Source: Propionibacteriales bacterium
GTDB taxonomy: Bacteria; Actinomycetota; Actinomycetes; Propionibacteriales; Nocardioidaceae
NCBI GenBank assembly: GCA_038254525.1
Contig: JBBSGC010000001.1
Location: 1 to 61,946, forward strand
Length of the DNA stretch: 61,946 nt
Reading direction: 5' to 3'
Under the pieces are notes generated by a model, which worked only from the letters and a program-made list of their open reading frames with translations, ran no database searches and was not told the origin of the DNA. The translations under genes and the position numbers were made by a program. This document shows positions 1 through 8,201 of the stretch, in pieces (positions within the stretch are counted from its first letter, which is position 1; each line of letters starts with the position of its first letter).

Positions 1-309
1 GGGTACGTCGAGCGGGACGGTCCCGAGGATCTGATGGACCCGCACGGAAGAGGTCCGGCGTTCTACGTCGCGCAGATGGACGCGCCACGTGCGCAGCGCA
101 ACCGGATCCACGTCGATGTCTACGCGCCGTACGACCAGGCCGAGGCGCGGATCGCGGCCGGCGGCCACCTGGTAGCCGACGAGTACGCGCCGGAGTGGTG
201 GGTGCTGGCCGACGCCGAGGGCAACGAGGCTTGCGTCGCCACCTTTGGCTGGATCGGACCCGAACCCCTTAGACAAGCCGTGCACGCGGACGGTGATGAC
301 GAAGGTTGA
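1..309 (+). CDS. VOC/glyoxalase-like domain protein, C-terminal fragment (5' end upstream of window)
   Basis: Frame 1 is open from nt 1 (GYVERDGPEDL precedes the listed ATG at 34), with the stop at 307-309. The pattern NRIHVDVYA...WWVLADAEGNEACV is typical of glyoxalase-like VOC domains. Confidence 0.55.
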   Translation, partial: GYVERDGPEDLMDPHGRGPAFYVAQMDAPRAQRNRIHVDVYAPYDQAEARIAAGGHLVADEYAPEWWVLADAEGNEACVATFGWIGPEPLRQAVHADGDDEG

Positions 310-388
310 GCAGGTGGTGCCGGCGTGGCCCTAGTCGGCTGTGCGAGTCACCGACGGCGGCGTTGGTAACGCCGGCGTCCACAGCCTA

Positions 389-404
389 TCGAATCCATGT
401 TCGC
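389..404 (+). promoter_or_regulatory. LexA (SOS) box-like palindrome TCGAATccatGTTCGC
   Basis: 10 of 12 specified positions match the actinobacterial SOS box TCGAAC-N4-GTTCGA. It sits immediately upstream of the promoter motif at 408-429. Confidence 0.5.
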
Positions 405-407
405 TTC

Positions 408-429
408 TGTCGGTGCGCGTCTCTATCGT
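408..429 (+). promoter_or_regulatory. RecA-NDp / PafBC-type DNA-damage promoter motif TGTCGGTG-N8-TATCGT
   Basis: Matches the consensus tTGTCRgtg-N8-TAnnnT. The -10 hexamer ends 7 nt before the ATG at 437, which implies a leaderless mRNA. Confidence 0.5.
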
Positions 430-436
430 GTTTGGT

Positions 437-1861
437 ATGAGCAGTGCTGTTGTGCAGGCGATGGCGCCGGAGCCGGACTGGCGGCATCCGATTGCGTCCT
501 GCCTCGACGCCGTGGACGCCGCGCTGGTGGACGTGACCGATGTTGGCTGCTGGTCACTGGCGGATGTGGAGGTGAGCGAGCTGCTACGCCGGGCAGAGGG
601 GGCGGGCGCCCGGTTGGTCGAGCTGCGGTTGCGGCTTGTTCGTGCGGCTGACGCCCGAGATCTGGCGAAGGCGAGCGCGGCAACGTCGACCTCGGCGTGG
701 TTGCGGTCGTTGACTCGGGTGTCGCGGGCCGTGGCGGGTGCCGATGTGCGACTGGCCGCGGCGTTGGCTGCCGATGCCGAAGCCACTCGGCGGGCACTCG
801 CCGCGGGCAGGGTGAATGTCGAGCAGGCGCAGGTGATCACCTCGGCGCTGGCTGCTCTACCGGCCGAGGTGTCGGTCAGCGACCGAACCCAAGCGGAGGG
901 CTGGCTGATCGAGCAGGCGCAGCTGTTTGCTCCTGAGCAGCTGGCCCGGCTCGGCAAGCGGGTCTTCGAGGTGATCGCCCCCGAGCAGGCCGATGCCCAC
1001 GAGGGCCAGCTGTTGGAGGCGGAGGAGCGCCGCGCCCGCCAGCTGAGCCGGCTGGCGATGCGCCGCTGCGGTGATGGCACCACGGCCGGGTACTTCCGGC
1101 TGCCAGACGCCCAGGCCGACATGCTGCAGGCAGCTCTGGACGCGATCTGTGCGCCTCGCCGTGGCAGCCGCGGGCTGCGAGGGACGGCGTTCGACTGGGC
1201 CAACGGTCCGGCTGGCGACCCGCCTGGCGACCCGCCTGGCGACCCGGCTCGCGGGCAGGTTGCAGGACCGGAGCGGTTGCCCTACCCGGTTCGGCTCGGT
1301 CTGGGGTTCGGCGAGCTGATTGAGCACCTACCGGTCGACCGGCTACCTCAGCACGGGGGGACCAGCGCCACGGTGGCCGTCACCATCGACTACGAGCAGC
1401 TCCGTGGTTGTCTCGGCGCCGCCGAGCTGTCCACCGGCACGCGGATCAGTGCCGCGCAAGCCCGCCGGCTGGCTTGCAACGCGGGGTTGCTACCTCTGGT
1501 GCTGTCCGGCCGCTCGACCATCCTGGACCTCGGCCGTGAGCAGCGGCTCTTTGACCGCTACCAGCGACTCGCGCTTGGTGTCCGCGACCGGGGGTGTGTC
1601 TTCCCCGGCTGCGATCGGCCACCGTCGTTCTGCGAAGCCCACCACAACTGTCCCTGGTCATCGGGTGGCGCCACCGGCCTCCACAACGCTGCCCTGCTGT
1701 GCTCCTGGCACCACCACCTGGTCCACGCCGATGGCTGGACCGTCCGGCTCGCCATCAACGGCTACCCCGAGCTCGTCCCACCCGACGCTGCTGGAGCGAC
1801 CTCTCGGCCCCAACAACACCAACGTTTCCGCCAGTTCGCCACTGACCCACCCGGCGGCTGA
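437..1861 (+). CDS. DUF222 domain / HNH endonuclease (REP13E12-like family), 474 aa
   Basis: N-terminal DUF222-like region and a C-terminal HNH block (CVFPGCDRPPSFCEAHHNCPW...NAALLCSWHHHLVH). The start is placed at ATG 437 rather than ORF start 341 because of the promoter geometry. Confidence 0.85.
   Translation: MSSAVVQAMAPEPDWRHPIASCLDAVDAALVDVTDVGCWSLADVEVSELLRRAEGAGARLVELRLRLVRAADARDLAKASAATSTSAWLRSLTRVSRAVAGADVRLAAALAADAEATRRALAAGRVNVEQAQVITSALAALPAEVSVSDRTQAEGWLIEQAQLFAPEQLARLGKRVFEVIAPEQADAHEGQLLEAEERRARQLSRLAMRRCGDGTTAGYFRLPDAQADMLQAALDAICAPRRGSRGLRGTAFDWANGPAGDPPGDPPGDPARGQVAGPERLPYPVRLGLGFGELIEHLPVDRLPQHGGTSATVAVTIDYEQLRGCLGAAELSTGTRISAAQARRLACNAGLLPLVLSGRSTILDLGREQRLFDRYQRLALGVRDRGCVFPGCDRPPSFCEAHHNCPWSSGGATGLHNAALLCSWHHHLVHADGWTVRLAINGYPELVPPDAAGATSRPQQHQRFRQFATDPPGG
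1212..1247. repeat. 12-bp tandem repeat x3 (CTGGCGACCCGC), in frame (GDPP x3) inside the HNH gene
   Basis: Direct reading of the sequence: units at 1212-1223, 1224-1235 and 1236-1247. Confidence 0.9.
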
Positions 1862-1874
1862 CCTGACGGATAAC

Positions 1875-2429
1875 GTGAGCACCGTGGCCACCTGGATATC
1901 GCTGCTGCGGGCCATCAACCTCGGGAGTCGCAACCAGGTGTCGATGCCGGCCCTACGCCGCGCCCTTGAAGCGGACGGTTTCTGCGACGTCCGAACCCAC
2001 CTCCAGAGCGGCAACGTCGTCGCTGAGTCGGTGCACCGTAGCCCGGCGAAGGTGGCCGAGAGCGTCAACGCGGTGGTCAAGCAGGAGTTCGGGCTCGATG
2101 TCCCGGTCATCGTGCGTACCGCAGAGCAGCTGCGGCATGTGGTTGAGGCCAACCCATTTCCTGAGGCGGCGCGTGAGCGCCCGAAGATCTTGCACGTGTC
2201 GTTCCTCGCTGCTATTCCCGCTGCCGCCGGCGTACAGACACTGGTCGACCACGAGCTGACCCGACAGGTGTGCCGGGTCGAGGGCGACAACCTCTACATC
2301 GACTACGTCGACGGTGTGCACACCAGCAAGCTGACCTCCGCCTTCTTCGCCCGAAGGCTCGGTGTCGACGGCACCGCCCGGAACTGGCGCACCGTGCTGG
2401 CACTGGTGGAGCTGACTGGGTGGGGATGA
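1875..2429 (+). CDS. DUF1697 domain protein, 184 aa
   Basis: WISLLRAINLGSRNQVSMPALRRALEADGFCDVRTHLQSGNVV matches the DUF1697 N-terminal signature. A GTG at 1875 lies just after the HNH stop, so the long ORF from 1320 is an upstream extension overlapping the HNH gene. Confidence 0.7.
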   Translation: MSTVATWISLLRAINLGSRNQVSMPALRRALEADGFCDVRTHLQSGNVVAESVHRSPAKVAESVNAVVKQEFGLDVPVIVRTAEQLRHVVEANPFPEAARERPKILHVSFLAAIPAAAGVQTLVDHELTRQVCRVEGDNLYIDYVDGVHTSKLTSAFFARRLGVDGTARNWRTVLALVELTGWG

Positions 2430-2471
2430 CTGGACGGCATGGCTCGGGGACGCCTCGCTAGGCTGCGGGCC

Positions 2472-3251
2472 GTGCGCATCGCGAGATTCTCCCAGGATGA
2501 CGAAACCCGCTTCGCGCTCGTGGGTGCTGACAATGGCGTCGAGACGCTTGCTGTGCTGGCAGGGGACCCGCTGTACGTCGGCATCTCCCTGACGGGTGAG
2601 AAGGTGCCGGTCGACGACGTACGCCTGGTCGCCCCGGTGCTGCCGCGAAGCAAGGTGGTTGGCATCGGGCGTAACTACGCAGACCACGCCGCCGAGCTCG
2701 CCCACGACCTGCCGGTCGAGCCGCTGGTGTTTCTCAAGCCCAACACGTCGGTCATCGGTCCCGGCGACCCGATCGTCCACCCCTCGCAGACGCAGGAGCT
2801 GCACTACGAGGGCGAGCTCGCTGTCGTGATCGGCCGGATCTGCCGCCAGGTGCCCGTCGAAGCCGTGGCAAAGGTTGTCCTCGGCTACACGGTGGGCAAC
2901 GACGTGACGGCGCGCGACCTCCAGCGCAGCGACGACCAGTGGACGCGAGCGAAGGGGTTCGACACCTTCTGCCCACTGGGACCATGGGTCGAGACCGACC
3001 TGGACGTTGGTGACCTCGCCATCCGAACGCTGCTCGGCGACGAGCTGCGGCAGGACGGACGCACCTCGCAGATGATCTTCGACGTGCCGACCCTGGTGTC
3101 TTATGTGTCAGGGTTCATGACTTTGTTGCCCGGCGACGTCATCCTCACCGGCACCCCGTCCGGTGTGGGCCGGATGCAACCGGGGGAGCACGTGTCCGTC
3201 ACGGTTGAGGGCATCGGGACGCTGACCAACCCGGTCGTCTCCGATGACTGA
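2472..3251 (+). CDS. Fumarylacetoacetate hydrolase (FAH) family protein, 259 aa
   Basis: FAH-family pattern (GIGRNYADHAAE, GELAVVIG, GTPSGVG). It occupies the conserved position upstream of gltX, as Rv2993c does in M. tuberculosis. Start GTG 2472 (VRIARF...); the ORF is open from 2439. Confidence 0.85.
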   Translation: MRIARFSQDDETRFALVGADNGVETLAVLAGDPLYVGISLTGEKVPVDDVRLVAPVLPRSKVVGIGRNYADHAAELAHDLPVEPLVFLKPNTSVIGPGDPIVHPSQTQELHYEGELAVVIGRICRQVPVEAVAKVVLGYTVGNDVTARDLQRSDDQWTRAKGFDTFCPLGPWVETDLDVGDLAIRTLLGDELRQDGRTSQMIFDVPTLVSYVSGFMTLLPGDVILTGTPSGVGRMQPGEHVSVTVEGIGTLTNPVVSDD

Positions 3252-4767
3252 CGATCTCGCGGCTGGCGGTCTGGCGGCTGGCGTTGTCCGCGTCCGGTTC
3301 AGCCCGTCCCCGACCGGGAACCTGCACGTCGGCAACGTCCGCACGGCGTTGTTCAACTGGGCCTACGCCCGGCACACGGGCGGGTCGTTTGTGTTCCGGG
3401 TCGAGGACACCGACGCCGCCCGGGACAGCGAGGAGTCGTATCGGGGCTTGCTGGACTCGCTGCGCTGGCTCGGCCTGGACTGGGACGAGGGGCCGGAGGT
3501 CGGCGGGGACTACGGTCCCTACCGGCAGTCCGAGCGGACCCAGATCTATACCGAGGTGGCCGCGCAGCTGCGGCAGTCTGATCGTGCCTACGACTGCTAC
3601 TGCAGCCAGGAGGAGCTCGAGCAGCGTCGGGAGGAGGCGCGGGCACAGGGACGCTCCAGCGGTTACGACGGCCACTGCCGGGCGTTGAGCGACGACGAGA
3701 CGGCGGCCTATCGAGCCGCGGGACGCGAGCCGGTGCTGCGGTTCCTGATGCCCGACACCGCGATCACCTTCACGGACCTGGTGCGCGGCGAGATCAGCTT
3801 CGATCCCCAACACGTCAGCGACTATGTGCTCGTCCGCGCCAACGGGCGGCCGCTCTACACCCTTACCAACCCCGTGGACGACGCGCTGATGGGCATCACA
3901 CATGTGCTGCGAGGTGAGGACCTGCTCAGCTCGACGCCTCGCCAGCTGCCGCTCCACGAGGCACTTCGTGAGCTCGGGCTGAGCACCGGCGAGGTACCTG
4001 CCTACGGCCACCTGCCGTTCGTGATGGGGCAGGGCAACCACAAGCTGGCCAAGAAGCTGTCAAAGCGCGACCCGGGCGGTGGCCTGCTGAGCTATCGCGA
4101 GCGCGGCTTCCTGCCCGAGGGTCTGCTCAACTATCTCGCGCTCCTGGGATGGTCCATCGGCGGGGACCGCGAGGTTTTCAGCCTGGTGGAGATGGCAACA
4201 GCCTTCGATGTTGCCCGGGTCAACCCCAACCCGGCCCAGTTCGATCTGAAGAAGTGCGAGGCGATCAACGGCCAGCACGTACGGTTGCTCGACAGTGCCG
4301 ACCTCGCCCGGCGGCTGGTCCCGTACCTGCAGCAGATCGGCGCGCTGACTGAACAGGTGAGCGAGGGGGAGCATGCGCTGCTGCGGGCCGCGGCACCACT
4401 GGTCCAGGAGCGCATGGCGGTGCTCACCGAGGGGGCGGACATGCTGCGGTTCCTCTTCGTGTCCGAAGCTGACTTCACCGTCGACGCCACCGACGCCGCA
4501 CGCACCCTTGCCGGCGAGGGGGGCGACGTGGTGCGCACCGCCCACGAGTCGTTGGCCGACCTTGAGGAGTGGTCGACTGTGACCATCGAGACCGCCCTGC
4601 GGGAAAGCCTGGTCGAGCAGCGTGGGCTCAAGCCACGGCACGCGTTCGGACCGGTGCGGGTCGCCGTGACGGGTGCGCGCATCTCGCCACCGCTGTTCGA
4701 GTCGATGGCGCTGCTCGGCCGCGAGCGATCGCTGGGTCGGCTGCAACGAGCAGTCGATCCAGCTTGA
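3244..4767 (+). CDS. gltX: Glutamate--tRNA ligase
   Basis: PSPTGNLHVGN (HIGH motif) and KLSKR (KMSKS motif); 507 aa. The start overlaps the FAH stop by 8 nt. Confidence 0.95.
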   Translation: MTDDLAAGGLAAGVVRVRFSPSPTGNLHVGNVRTALFNWAYARHTGGSFVFRVEDTDAARDSEESYRGLLDSLRWLGLDWDEGPEVGGDYGPYRQSERTQIYTEVAAQLRQSDRAYDCYCSQEELEQRREEARAQGRSSGYDGHCRALSDDETAAYRAAGREPVLRFLMPDTAITFTDLVRGEISFDPQHVSDYVLVRANGRPLYTLTNPVDDALMGITHVLRGEDLLSSTPRQLPLHEALRELGLSTGEVPAYGHLPFVMGQGNHKLAKKLSKRDPGGGLLSYRERGFLPEGLLNYLALLGWSIGGDREVFSLVEMATAFDVARVNPNPAQFDLKKCEAINGQHVRLLDSADLARRLVPYLQQIGALTEQVSEGEHALLRAAAPLVQERMAVLTEGADMLRFLFVSEADFTVDATDAARTLAGEGGDVVRTAHESLADLEEWSTVTIETALRESLVEQRGLKPRHAFGPVRVAVTGARISPPLFESMALLGRERSLGRLQRAVDPA

Positions 4768-4831
4768 CTGACGTCGCTTGACTGAAGCGGCCTGACTGAA
4801 GCTTCAGCTGCACCGAAGCTGCCGTCGGGTT

Positions 4832-4859
4832 TTGTGGCCCTCCGCGGCTCGGGTATCGT
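4832..4859 (+). promoter_or_regulatory. Candidate sigma-A promoter for the tRNA pair (TTGTGG-16 nt-TATCGT)
   Basis: The hexamers were read directly from the sequence. The -10 lies about 30 nt upstream of tRNA-Gln. Confidence 0.3.
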
Positions 4860-4888
4860 TCCGGCTTGGTTTCGTCCGCGGAGCCCCC

Positions 4889-4960
4889 TGGGGTATGGGG
4901 TAATTGGCAGCCCGACTGGTTCTGGTCCAGTTAGTCTAGGTTCGAGTCCTAGTACCCCAG
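4889..4960 (+). tRNA. tRNA-Gln (anticodon CTG)
   Basis: Manual cloverleaf: acceptor TGGGGTA/TACCCCA, D stem GGGT/GCCC, anticodon stem ACTGG/CCAGT with loop TTCTGGT, T arm CTAGG-TTCGAGT-CCTAG. No encoded CCA. Confidence 0.9.
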
Positions 4961-5005
4961 CGATTGGACCGCTTCGGCCCCTCGGGTAGAGTCCAGTCCG
5001 CTCAC

Positions 5006-5078
5006 GGCCCCGTTGTGTAGCGGCCTAGCACGCCGCCCTCTCAAGGCGGTAGCGCCGGTTCGAATCCGGTCGGGGCTA
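5006..5078 (+). tRNA. tRNA-Glu (anticodon CTC)
   Basis: Manual cloverleaf: acceptor GGCCCCG/CGGGGCT, anticodon loop CTCTCAA, T arm GCCGG-TTCGAAT-CCGGT. The gltX-tRNA-Gln-tRNA-Glu arrangement is typical of actinobacteria. Confidence 0.9.
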
Positions 5079-5089
5079 CGTGCGGCAGC

Positions 5090-5117
5090 AGGCTCGGACC
5101 TGGTCCGAGCCTTTCTG
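5090..5117 (+). terminator. Intrinsic terminator after tRNA-Glu
   Basis: An 11-nt perfect inverted repeat, AGGCTCGGACC(T)GGTCCGAGCCT, followed by TTCT. Confidence 0.6.
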
Positions 5118-5137
5118 CGTCCTCGGCTACGCGTGAG

Positions 5138-5195
5138 TTGCCGGTCGGGGGTTGCCACGGTCGGGGTTGCTACGGTCGGGGTTGCCACGGCCGGG
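5138..5195. repeat. 15-bp tandem repeat (GTTGCCACGGTCGGG), 3 full copies plus one 13-nt copy
   Basis: Units at 5138-5150 (short), 5151-5165, 5166-5180 and 5181-5195. Intergenic, between the tRNA terminator and ada-alkA. Confidence 0.9.
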
Positions 5196-5270
5196 TCAGG
5201 ATCGGGGGTCACGTCCGATTCCCGCCAGCGCCTACGCCGGCCAATGCGTCAAGATGCAGCCTTGGCGACA

Positions 5271-6794
5271 ATGACTGCAGTTCAATCGGTGCACCGTGAC
5301 GAGGAACGGTGCTACCGCGCGGTGATGAGCCGGGACCCGCGCTTCGACGGCATCTTCTTCACCGGCGTACGCACGACGGGCAGCTACTGCCGCCCGTCCT
5401 GCCCAGCCACGACGCCCCGTCGGCACAACGTGACCTTCTTCGCCACGACAGCGGCCGCACACGCCGCAGGTCTGCGTGCCTGTCGACGGTGCCGGCCAGA
5501 CGCGGTGCCGGGATCTCCGGAGTGGGACGTGCGCGCGGACACCGTCGGGCGCGCTATGCGGCTGATCCGTGACGGGGTCGTCGAGCGCGAGGGCGTGACC
5601 GGCCTGGCCGCCCGACTGGGCTACTCCACGCGGCACCTCCACCGGCTGATGGTCGTCGAGCTTGGAGCCGGGCCGCTGTCCATCGCCCGGGCTCAACGGG
5701 CGCATGCGGCCCGGCTGCTGGCCGAGACCACCGACCTGCCGTTCGCCGATGTCGCCTTCGCGGCGGGGTTCTCCTCGGTTCGTCAGTTCAACGAGACCAT
5801 GCAGGAGATCTACGCCGCCACCCCGAGCCGGTTGCGTGCCCGGCGCGGGAGCCGGCTGCACGGCTGTGGACACGGGCGGGTACGCCTGCGGCTGGCGGTG
5901 CGGCGCCCCTACGCCGCAGACGCCGCGCTCGCCTTTCTCGCCAGCCGCGCGGTCCCAGGGCTCGAGGAGCTCCACGCGGGCACGTACTCGCGGTTGCTGC
6001 CGTTGCCGCACGGCACCGGCGTGGCATCCTTGACGCCCGCCGCGGACTACGTCGATGCCGTGCTCGAGCTGTCCGAGCTGCGGGACCTGGCAGTTGCCGT
6101 GCAGCGTTGCAGAGCACTTCTTGACCTGGACGCCGATCCGGTAGCCGTGGGCGAAGTGCTCGCTGCAGATCCGGCTCTGGAGCCTCTGGCCCGCACCTGT
6201 CCCGGCATTCGAGTACCCGGGCACATCGACGGCTTCGAGCTCTCCGTACGGGCGGTGCTCGGCCAGCAGGTCAGCGTGCGTCGTGCGCGCGACCTGGTGA
6301 CTGCGGTGGTGGCGAATCATGGCCGGCGGCTGCCCACAGAGACCGGACGCCTTGGCGAGCTGTCGACGTTCCCTACCCCGGAGCAGCTGGCGCAGGCCGA
6401 CCCGGCGACGTTCGGCGTGCCGCAGGTCCGCGGCCGGGCGGTCGTCGCGCTGGCCGAGGCGGTCGCCGACGGACGTGTCGAGCTCGGTCCCGGGGTCGAT
6501 CGGGTGGCTGCCATCGCAGCGCTCGAGACCGTGCCCGGCATCGGTCCGTGGACCGCGGGCTACATCGCGATGCGCGGCCTCGGCGATCCAGACCAGTTCC
6601 TGGCCGGCGACGTCGTCGTCCGCAACGCGATGCGCTCGCCGGGTCTTCCCACGGTCACCGCCGTTGCTGCCGAGCACGCCCGACGCTGGCGGCCGTGGCG
6701 GTCCTACGCCGTCATGCACCTGTGGCGGCACGCTTCGGGCGCGGAGCCGCGCGGGCACAGCGCATGCTTGGAGCACGAGGAGGAGAGGCCGTGA
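5271..6794 (+). CDS. alkA: Ada N-terminal (Zn, methylphosphotriester) + AraC HTH + AlkA DNA-3-methyladenine glycosylase II fusion, 507 aa
   Basis: YCRPSCP...CRRCRP Ada zinc motif, an AraC-type HTH (GYSTRHLHRLM...AGFSSVRQFNE) and a C-terminal HhH-GPD region (VPGIGPWTAGYIAMRGLGDPD). Alternative start at 5244. The ORF from 5013 runs through tRNA-Glu and is not used. Confidence 0.9.
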   Translation: MTAVQSVHRDEERCYRAVMSRDPRFDGIFFTGVRTTGSYCRPSCPATTPRRHNVTFFATTAAAHAAGLRACRRCRPDAVPGSPEWDVRADTVGRAMRLIRDGVVEREGVTGLAARLGYSTRHLHRLMVVELGAGPLSIARAQRAHAARLLAETTDLPFADVAFAAGFSSVRQFNETMQEIYAATPSRLRARRGSRLHGCGHGRVRLRLAVRRPYAADAALAFLASRAVPGLEELHAGTYSRLLPLPHGTGVASLTPAADYVDAVLELSELRDLAVAVQRCRALLDLDADPVAVGEVLAADPALEPLARTCPGIRVPGHIDGFELSVRAVLGQQVSVRRARDLVTAVVANHGRRLPTETGRLGELSTFPTPEQLAQADPATFGVPQVRGRAVVALAEAVADGRVELGPGVDRVAAIAALETVPGIGPWTAGYIAMRGLGDPDQFLAGDVVVRNAMRSPGLPTVTAVAAEHARRWRPWRSYAVMHLWRHASGAEPRGHSACLEHEEERP

Positions 6795-7303
6795 CCAGCA
6801 GCTGGCTCGACGTCCAGTCACCGATCGGTCCGCTTCGGCTTTGGAGTGACGGCGTGGGCATCAATGCCATCGAGTTCAGCCCTTTCCGACAGCTTCCCGC
6901 GAACGCGCGCGTGGCGCAGGCGCACGCACCGGCCATGCTGACGCCGGCGTTGGCGTCAGCCCAGGAGCAGCTCGCCGACTACTTCGCGGGCAGGCGACGC
7001 GACTTCGACCTCCCGCTGGCGCCGGCCGGCACGCAGTTTAGGCAACGCGTATGGGCCGCGCTGCGTCAGGTGCCCTATGCCCAGACCGTCTCGTACTGCG
7101 AGATTGCCCGCCGCCTCGGTCTGCCCCCGGGGGCCTCTCGGGCGGTTGGCTCCGCGAACGGCGCCAACCCGATCCCGATCGTGGTGCCGTGTCACCGGGT
7201 CGTCGGATCGGACGGCTCCCTCACCGGCTACGCCGGTGGGATGGGCCGCAAACGCCTGCTGCTCGACCTGGAGTCGGCTGCGGCCAAGCCAGCCTTGTTC
7301 TGA
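6791..7303 (+). CDS. ogt: Methylated-DNA--protein-cysteine methyltransferase, 170 aa
   Basis: PCHRVV active-site motif. The GTG start overlaps the alkA stop (GTGA at 6791-6794). Confidence 0.9.
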   Translation: MTSSWLDVQSPIGPLRLWSDGVGINAIEFSPFRQLPANARVAQAHAPAMLTPALASAQEQLADYFAGRRRDFDLPLAPAGTQFRQRVWAALRQVPYAQTVSYCEIARRLGLPPGASRAVGSANGANPIPIVVPCHRVVGSDGSLTGYAGGMGRKRLLLDLESAAAKPALF

Positions 7304-7325
7304 TCCGGCCTCACTTCCGGCGGGC

Positions 7326-8045
7326 TCACTCGCCGGTCCGGCGCAGGGCCTGGGACAACCGCTCGGCCGCCGCCATGACCGCCGGCGCATGCAGGCGCCC
7401 GGGCGACCGGCTCAGCCGTTCGATCGGACCGGACACCGACACCGCTGCGACGACTCTCCCGGATGCCGAGCGCACCGGCGCGGAGACCGACGCTACGCCC
7501 ACCTCGCGTTCTCCAACGCTCTGCGCCCAGCCCCGACGACGGATACCGGCCAGGGCGGCCGCCGAGAACGCCGCGTTCTGCAGGCCCCGTTGCATCCGCT
7601 CCGGGTCTTCCCAGGCCAGCAGCACCTGTGCCGGCGAACCAGCCGTCATCGCGAGCTGGCTGCCGACCGGCACGCTGTCTCGCAGCCCGGCCGGCCGGTC
7701 CGCGGCAGCGACGCAGACCCGGAACCCGCCCTGCCGGCGGAACAGCTGTGCGGACTCGCCGGTGATGTCGCGCAGCCGCGCCAGCACCGGACTCGCCGTA
7801 GCCAGCAGCCGGTCCTCGCCGGCAGCCGCCGCCAGCTCACCGAGTCGCGGGCCCAGCGCGAACCGGCCCTGGGTGTCCCGCACAACCAGCCGGTGGTGTT
7901 CCAACGCGACGGCTAGCCGGTGCGCGGTTGGCCGCGCCAGCCCGGTGGTGGCGACCAACCCAGCCAGACTGGCCGGTCCGGACTCGAGAGCGGCCAACAC
8001 CAGCGCGGCCTTGTCGAGAACGCCGACGCCGCTGGGCTCATCCAT
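7326..8045 (-). CDS. IclR family transcriptional regulator, 239 aa
   Basis: N-terminal wHTH (VLDKAALVLAALESGPASLAGLVATTGLARPTAHRL) and an IclR effector domain. The start is placed at MDEPSG (ATG 8045). Confidence 0.85.
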   Translation of the reverse strand: MDEPSGVGVLDKAALVLAALESGPASLAGLVATTGLARPTAHRLAVALEHHRLVVRDTQGRFALGPRLGELAAAAGEDRLLATASPVLARLRDITGESAQLFRRQGGFRVCVAAADRPAGLRDSVPVGSQLAMTAGSPAQVLLAWEDPERMQRGLQNAAFSAAALAGIRRRGWAQSVGEREVGVASVSAPVRSASGRVVAAVSVSGPIERLSRSPGRLHAPAVMAAAERLSQALRRTGE

Positions 8046-8067
8046 GTTGCGATACTGCCGTCTCGAA

Positions 8068-8080
8068 TTGTGAAACACAA
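8068..8080. promoter_or_regulatory. Perfect 5-3-5 palindrome TTGTGaaaCACAA, candidate operator
   Basis: Read directly from the sequence, 23 nt upstream of the IclR start codon in the IclR/hupB divergent spacer. Confidence 0.3.
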
Positions 8081-8168
8081 CCCAGCGGACACTCGTCGAC
8101 AGGCCTCCGCGGGAGCGAGTCCGCCGCACTCCCGCAGACGCCGCATCCAGTGCCGCACCGGAGTCCCC

Positions 8169-8201
8169 GATGCCGCACCGATGCCGCGCCGATGACGCGA
8201 G
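8169..8201. repeat. 11-bp tandem repeat x3 (CGATGCCGCAC)
   Basis: Units at 8169-8179, 8180-8190 and 8191-8201, in the hupB upstream spacer. Confidence 0.8.

Noticed and set aside
4762-4806. Repeated GCTTGACTGA motifs (3 copies, 14-nt period) and the palindrome CTGAAGCTTCAG after gltX, as a mobile-element end or att site next to the tRNAs
   Set aside because: There is no integrase or other element gene nearby, and no matching repeat was found elsewhere in the window. It is most simply a gltX terminator or spacer region.
5013-5270. N-terminal extension of the Ada-AlkA ORF
   Set aside because: It would run through tRNA-Glu, its terminator and the 15-bp repeat array. The conserved Ada domain begins just after ATG 5271.
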